Assembly: GCF_964188315.1 (NCBI RefSeq)
Contig: NC_135659.1
Span: forward strand, 46,190,001 to 46,254,000
DNA: 64,000 bases
Origin: Podarcis muralis
Taxonomy: Eukaryota
Reading direction: 5' to 3'
Made by a program: the position numbers and the translations under genes. Positions 20,225 through 64,000 of this stretch are shown in pieces. The stretch's first letter is position 1, and each line of letters opens with the position of its first letter. Below the pieces are notes generated by a model that worked only from the letters and a program-made list of their open reading frames with translations, had not been told where the DNA came from and made no database searches.

Positions 20225-20445
20225 TTATTTTAACATTTATATCACACCTTTCCTCCAAGAAGCAAAAGTTGGTGTACATGGTTCTCTGTCTCTCTACATT
20301 ATCCTTACAACAACCCTGTAAGGTAGGTTGTGCTGAGAGTGAGTGACTGGCCCAAAGTCACCCAGTGAGCTTCATGGCTGAGTGGGAATTTGAACCCTGG
20401 TCTTCTAGGTCTTACTCCAACCCCCTTAACTGCTACACCACACTC
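20225..20445 (-). mobile_element. CORE/MIR-like squamate SINE (reverse orientation)
   Basis: ACAACAACCCTGTAAGGTAGG...GACTGGCCCAAAGTCACCCAG...GAATTTGAACCCTGG is a recognisable CORE-SINE in reverse. Confidence 0.65.
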
Positions 20446-21231
20446 CCAACTTTCATCCACCCCAGTCAGCACGGTCATGGGTCTGAGATCATGGGAGCTG
20501 GAGTCCAAGAACATCTGGAAAGCCACAAGCTCCCCATCCTTACTCAGCTGTAGAAGAAAACTATGTGGGGTACACATCGGGATCACACATCTGGGGAAGC
20601 GCTTCCATATACTTAAATGTAAATGAGCCTTTTTCCTTGTGAAAGGGCATGCTGGGTGCTAATATTTCTTGCAGAATTCTTAGCGTCTGCCTTCTTCCAA
20701 CACATTCCAAAATTTCAGACTCCTAAGATCATATAGCAGAATCATAGTCAAAAGATGGGAAACAGTCAGCCTCAGGAATTATGCACTGACACCTGTAAAC
20801 AGAGCAAATTCGCATGTCCATTTTGAGGTCATCCTCCTCAGTTCATGTCAACTATTTTGCTCTGTAGATGAAATGCAGAAGTGGCAGTCCAGTTGGGAGC
20901 TGTGTGAAAGAATCTGCACCACTGATCATACACAGTGATCAGTGACCAGTAATTTGTGCTTGTGGCAACATATACATTTGAAGTCGCTGTCTTAATCATC
21001 CCCTTTGAACTAGTGAGCACTGCCTCGATACGTAAATGTAACCAAAGCCAAAATGAGATTTATGAGTTTCTTTCATCCTGGAATGCAAAGACATACTGTT
21101 TAGGGTTTTTTGTTGCAGGGTGTCGTACTTGCAGTTGTTATTGCTGCTTTATTGTATTTTTATTTTAGTTCTTGTGATTTATGTGAAAATTGTTCAGTTT
21201 GGTTGTGGGTTTTTTAAATGTTTTATTTATT

Positions 21232-21586
21232 GGGACGCGGGTGGCGCTGTGGGTTAAACCACAGAGCCTAGGACTTGCCGATCAGAAGGTTGGTGGTTCG
21301 AATCCCCGCAACAGGGCGAGCTCCCGTTGCTCAGTCCCTGCTCCTGCCAGCCTAGCAGTTCGAAAGCACGTCAAAGTGCAAGTAGATAAATAGGTACCAC
21401 TCCAGCGGGAAGGTAAAAGGCGTTTCCATGCGCTGCTCTGGTTCGCCAGAAGCGGCTTAGTCATGCTGGCCACATGACCTGGAAGCTGTATGCCGGCTCC
21501 CTTGGCCTATAGAGCGAGATGAGCGCCGCAACCCCAGAGTCGGCCACGACTGGACCTAATGGTCAGGGGTCCCTTTACCTTTTTAC
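21232..21586 (+). mobile_element. Full-length Sauria SINE
   Basis: GGGACGCGGGTGGCGCTGTGG head (A-box), GGTTCGAATCC B-box, and 3' GAGTCGGCCACGACTGGACC...CCTTTACCTTT tail; matches the truncated copies at 50571 and 52304. Confidence 0.92.
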
Positions 21587-24500
21587 TTTTGTTATGTTGT
21601 ACTTACATATTTTTTATGTCGTAAGCTGCCTTGAGCATGGTTTGAATTGTGGAAAGGCGGCATGCAAATTAAATTATATATGTATCTATGTTATGTATTC
21701 TCAGCTCTGCTTTGGACCTGACCTCTCTGCTGCTCTTCTTCCGTCTGTGTGATTAGGCTGATAGTGAGCACAACAGAACATTATTTGTTTGCTGCAAGAG
21801 AAAATGTGTTGATATGCCAGAGACTGCACCCTTGGTATAATTTGTTTATATCAGCTGCCCTCTTGTACAGAAATACAGAATGTCAAATGCATAATGCATC
21901 TTATGACTCACAGTTGTACCACAAAACAGTCTGGGCAGTGATTTTATTTCTCTGATCAGTTTCTATTTCTATTTTTATATATAGCTAGGATATGTGTTTC
22001 ATATTAGACAGACCCACTAGCCTGTAATTGGGGGGACGGATCAGATTGTTGGTTGAATTCTTAATAGTTGATCCAGATCATTATATAAAAGACTGTTGCA
22101 GCACTCGTGGCTGCTCACCCCAGCCACATATTCACACTGGACCATAGCTCAACGCTCAAGCACAAGCTTCACATGCAGTAGTTCCCTAGAGTAGCATCAG
22201 TCACTGAATGCAGCATGGATGTACTGTAGATGAGTAGAATTCATATGGATGCTGGCAGGTAAACATTCTGTGACTGAGTAGTCAGTAAACAATTAGTATT
22301 GTCTGACCTGCATAGAATTATCCCTACACTGGAATCTCCCTAAATCTGGAATGGGGAATTTGTGGCCTTCCAAATGTTGTTGGACTCCCACTCCCATCAG
22401 CCCTGGCCAGCCTGGCCAATGGTCAGGGATGAGGGATGGACAAATCAGTTATTTTCACTTTTCAAAGTTTCTCATTTTTCTCATTTTAAATTAGGTTCTC
22501 CACATTTCCATAGCAATCTCTGTATTACTTTAAAAAAAAACATCCTCATGGAAATCTGTCAGCATTTTAGTGTGAATTTCTCTCAATAAACATATTTTTG
22601 TATGCAGCTTTGACCAATAGACACATGTTTCCAACCAATTTTCCTTTATATAGGGTTGTCATATGTCTGAAATTTCCCAGACATAGCCAGTATTCAGCCC
22701 TTGTAAACAGTGTCCGGGCAGAAATTGCTGGAATGTCCATGTTGGCAGTGTAGATTTTTGTGAATTTAATAAAAAAATAGCTCAAAAACTAAAGCTCAAC
22801 AACTTAATACAATGCATTTTTGTATGCTATTTTCACTAATGTGCATTTCCTCCTAATTCATACATTATTGTTTGTATTATTTGGCTGGAGAACTGCATCT
22901 CAGAATTCTGAAACATGTGAATTTTTAAGGATAGCTGTGTTTTAGTTCACATATTGGTTCAGGAGGCTAGTCAGGAATCAGGGAGTTATTATCCAACAAC
23001 ATTAGGAGGACTGCAAGTTCCCACCCCTGCCCTAAATAAAGGAGGAAGGTTATATAAATCTAATAAGTAAGTACCATAAGTATTCAGAGACGTGCAGGTA
23101 ATAATAACAGAAGCAAGCACCTAGTATTGTACATAGAAACTCCACATATATTCAGGCAAGCTCTGGGATTACGGAATGGAAAAGACAGAAATCCTACCAA
23201 CCTGGGTTGTTGTTTTTTTACAACCCTCTTTTCAGCCTTTTCTCTGCAACTGTGATTAGAACAACAACTATTCCATATTCTGAATTCCAGGCTGACCATT
23301 GCATATAGATTCCGAACTATATACAGGCCTGACTATTTGAGTAGTTGCCATTTGAAGCAATTGTTTCAAGCCAGGAACTGTTGCCAGATGAAAAGAGGTG
23401 AAGACCATAGGGAGCAGATGCCCCAGGGTATCCCGTTATAGTCTGCTTAACAATGCGTGCAAACATTTTGTGGGTTCATCTTCATGCATTTTTAGTGTGT
23501 ACAGTACTGGTGCAAAAGATGGGAGGGGAATATTATTCCTTCACTGCTTAACCCTTTTATTAGTTTACATTTACATTTATTAATTTAAACTATTTCCTCT
23601 TTTTCTTTCCGCACCAACTTCTAGGTGGGTACATTAATAAGCTGTTCCTCACCATGTTCATAAATTTCTGCTTTCATTGTTAAGAAGCCCAGTGCTTTTT
23701 CCTAAGGGAGAAATGTACAAGCAATAAGCTTTGCAGTGCCCAGTTACAATGAAATTGACATGGCAAATTGGAATCTACTATATTGATAAGAAGTAATGAA
23801 TTTCCCAGTGGGGAAATTTGCAAGGAGCAAGAAAAGAATAAGTGCCAGAATCAAACTGACTAGGTAACTGGCATTAATACTTTTAATGGGAAAGGTTTTC
23901 ATCGGTCACACTCAAGTTTTTTCCTAATAGTCTTCTATAAGTCAGTTTTATTGTACATAGTATCTCCACAATGACAATCTTATTTGGAATCTTTTCTTTT
24001 TATTAGTGAGAAGAATTGACTTATCATCCTGGGGAAATTTCAAAATATAATATCCATGTGGTACCTGAATGAGAAAATGACAGAATACCTCTCCTTATAA
24101 GAGTGTCACCTGTGACGTTTTGATGCACTCGGATAAACATGGGAGCAGGAATCTATCACTTTAGCTGCTGTTCAGTAAACAATGCAATAATTAATACAAT
24201 CTGGGAGCCAGGTGGCTCCATTTAGCCTTGGCACAAAGTAGGATGTTTTTTCCTTCTTCGTTGTGAAATGTTAGCCAGCGACACTGAATTCTAATAATGA
24301 AACTTGGTCTGTTCAGTTCATATCAGCATGTAATGTAGGCAGGATTAATCATCTTTAAAATGTGCTATCTGTTCATAATCAATCCTAGGGATAGGGTGAA
24401 TATGGCAGAGTTATTCATAAGCTGTGTTTCTAAGCTATTCTCAGTTTATCTTGATCAGGGCACTGTCAACACCTGTTATCAAATACAGTACTCATTGAGT

Positions 24501-24841
24501 AGTCTATAGAATTATCCACACATGTATTTTCTTTATAAATCTAAACAGAAATAAAACCACATGCATCCCTCACTATGTTATGATTATGGAAGCAGGTGTT
24601 ATGTGCAGATCCGCTTCTGAATCAGGTCCTGCAAGTATGAAAAAGTAATTGCTTACTCTTGATAGATCCGTGTATGTATTGCTCCTGGAATGGAGCCATG
24701 AGTTCCACATTGTACAATCACTGCTATCAGCTTTGATACTCACCTGGAGATGAGGGCATGTGAGAAGGGATTGCACAGTGCATATTCTGTTCCTGAATAA
24801 ATTAAATCACAGAGAAAAATGTGCTACTCTTATTTCCTTAG

Positions 24842-62374
<37,533 letters not shown>

Positions 62375-62796
62375 TGCCTCAAAATCTCTAAGAAAGTTGT
62401 TGTTGCAGGATAGGGGGCAGGAACAGTACATCTTTTAAAAGAGATGTTTCAGTGCTGGTGGAGCTGGATATGTTCGTCTGATGTTTTGCAAAGTCTCTTT
62501 ATATATTTTATACAAAAACAGTGCAAGTGCAGATTGTGTTCCAGTGAAAAGTTATGCTACGGTTTAAGTAGTTTATATAGTCTGTCACATATTTCTGTGT
62601 GGTTCTCAATGTTACAGTCAAACACACTTTATTAGCATCTGATAGCTAGAGGCCACTGTTAACTATGGCACAAAAATTTAATTAAAAAAGAAAGGACAGC
62701 AGTTTGAACTATCTCACAAAAAGATCTTCAGAAGGGAGAGGCAATATTGTTCTTTGTGTAATTAACTGGTATCTTTGCTTAATAAGAATTGCACAG

Positions 62797-62840
62797 GAAA
62801 AGCTGTAGCTCAGTGGTAGAGCATGCAGAAGGTCTTAGAC
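62797..62840 (+). mobile_element. tRNA-derived SINE head fragment
   Basis: A-box-like TAGCTCAGTGGTAGAGC without a complete tRNA cloverleaf. Confidence 0.5.
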
Positions 62841-62857
62841 TCAGTCATTTAAACCTG

Positions 62858-63065
62858 GTAGGTAGCCGTGGTGGTCTGCCTTAGTCGAAACAAAATAAAA
62901 AAATTCCTTCCAGTAACACCTTAGAGACCAACTAAGTTAGTTATTAGTATGAGCTTTCTTGTGCATGCATCTGAAGAAGTGTGCATGCACACGAAAGCTC
63001 ATACCAATAGCTAACTTAGTTGGTCTCTAAGGTGCTACTGGAAGGATTATTTTTTATTTTTTTTT
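62858..63065 (+). mobile_element. Penelope-like element terminal fragment arranged as an inverted repeat
   Basis: GTAGGTAGCCGTG..GGTCTG...CACCTTAGAGACCAAC...GAAAGCTCATAC...GGTCTCTAAGGTGCTAC matches the reptile Penelope end pattern; 62-bp arms at 62908-62969 / 62982-63043. Confidence 0.8.
62966..63005 (+). ncRNA. Candidate minimal type-I hammerhead ribozyme core
   Basis: CTGAAGA (62971-77), A, palindromic stem II GTGTGCATGCACAC (62979-92), GAA-AGCT-C (62993-63000); short stem I (GC)AT/AT(AC). Confidence 0.55.
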
Positions 63066-63464
63066 CATTTGAACCAGTCATTTTCATTGAGGCAAAAACC
63101 ACCAAGCTCAGTCACTCCATACCACAGCAGCCACACCATTCACATGAGCATGTGTCAAAAGGAAAGGGTGGTACTTTAGAGGGGCATATTGCCAGAAACA
63201 CTGGGAACAAGTCCTTAGGGGCATTTTTCCTATAAAGCAGCATTTGAAAAGCCTTGGTATCTGCGTGGAATTCTGGACATGGTTTCAATTAGACTGCAAG
63301 TATGACAGTGATAGACATCCAAGGCCATTCAATGAGTTTACGGCTTAATTGCTCTACAGATAAATATTCAGACTGTTTAACTTTTTTTGCACTTGTGGAA
63401 GTACATTAGTTCCCAAGAAAATAAAAGATGTATGTAACTGGGAAAAGTTTGAAATAAAGAATTC

Positions 63465-63516
63465 TGTGGCACTTTAAGGACTAACAAATTTTGTATAGCA
63501 ATTAGCTTTTGTGAAC
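63465..63516 (-). mobile_element. Older Penelope terminal fragment
   Basis: TGTGGCACTTTAAGGACTAAC...TAGCTTTTGTG is a degenerate version of the arm at 62915-62962. Confidence 0.5.
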
Positions 63517-64000
63517 TAAATTTCACTTAATCAGAATATATCATTTAGGACCATTCCTATACTATTTAATATTTTAAAACTCATAAATGGCATGTATTAC
63601 ATGTGCACATAAAAACTACTGAAAATGACAAAGGTTACTAAAATTGACACACTCTTAACTTTTCCTGCCAATATCCTCTACCTTCACTGAGGTCAGCTAA
63701 GCTCAGGAAGCAATTATTTGTAATTGCAGGATCAGGCATTTGAAAGTTGCCCTTGACAATCTTGCAGCTACCTTAAGACTGCAGTCCCACATAACTCAAT
63801 GGAACATACTTCTGAGTGGACATATAAGATTGCACTGTTAATGTTCACACACAAACTCCACTTTGTCATAGTAGGAATATGAACTGTGATAGTAAGTCAA
63901 AATATGTTTAGTACAGAGTTTGAATTTGTATTAATTATAATGAGAAAGTTCTATTTTCTTGCACATTCGTGATTTGGTGTTTAGCAGGCACTTTCTGTGT

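Noticed and set aside
21232-21310. tRNA-like A/B boxes (also at 13921 and 62800)
   Set aside because: These are SINE heads: no full cloverleaf, and they continue into SINE body sequence.

Overview
Eukaryotic (vertebrate) genomic DNA from a squamate reptile, probably a lacertid lizard (inferred from Sauria SINEs and the hAT/mariner MITE families). No prokaryotic features, CRISPR arrays, rRNA or true tRNA genes were found. The window matches the conserved BTF3L4(<-) / TXNDC12(->) / RAB3B(->) block. (1) A CpG island at ~2.0-2.65 kb with a probable non-coding first exon of BTF3L4 on the minus strand. (2) A complete 7-exon TXNDC12 (ERp18/ERp19; 168 aa; signal peptide, CGAC active site, C-terminal GDEL) at 3497-10968. 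(3) A complete RAB3B coding sequence in 4 exons (220 aa, 24842-62374) with a CpG-island non-coding exon 1 ending at 16626. Introns and intergenic DNA are dense with transposon relics (Sauria SINE, BovB, L2, CR1, Rex1/Babar, Penelope, solo LTRs, hAT and Tc1/mariner MITEs), many with readable target-site duplications (TSDs) and nesting order. The most interesting unexplained structures are: a Penelope-derived inverted repeat just downstream of the RAB3B stop that carries a minimal hammerhead-ribozyme core in sense orientation; a GC-rich ~119-bp tandem array of near-perfect palindromes with compensatory arm changes and one chimeric unit in TXNDC12 intron 6; twin young hAT MITEs with telomere-like motifs bracketing the RAB3B promoter; and an intronic exact complement of the RAB3B exon-2 splice donor. 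All exon and TSD coordinates were read by hand. TE family names come from recalled consensus similarity, not database searches.
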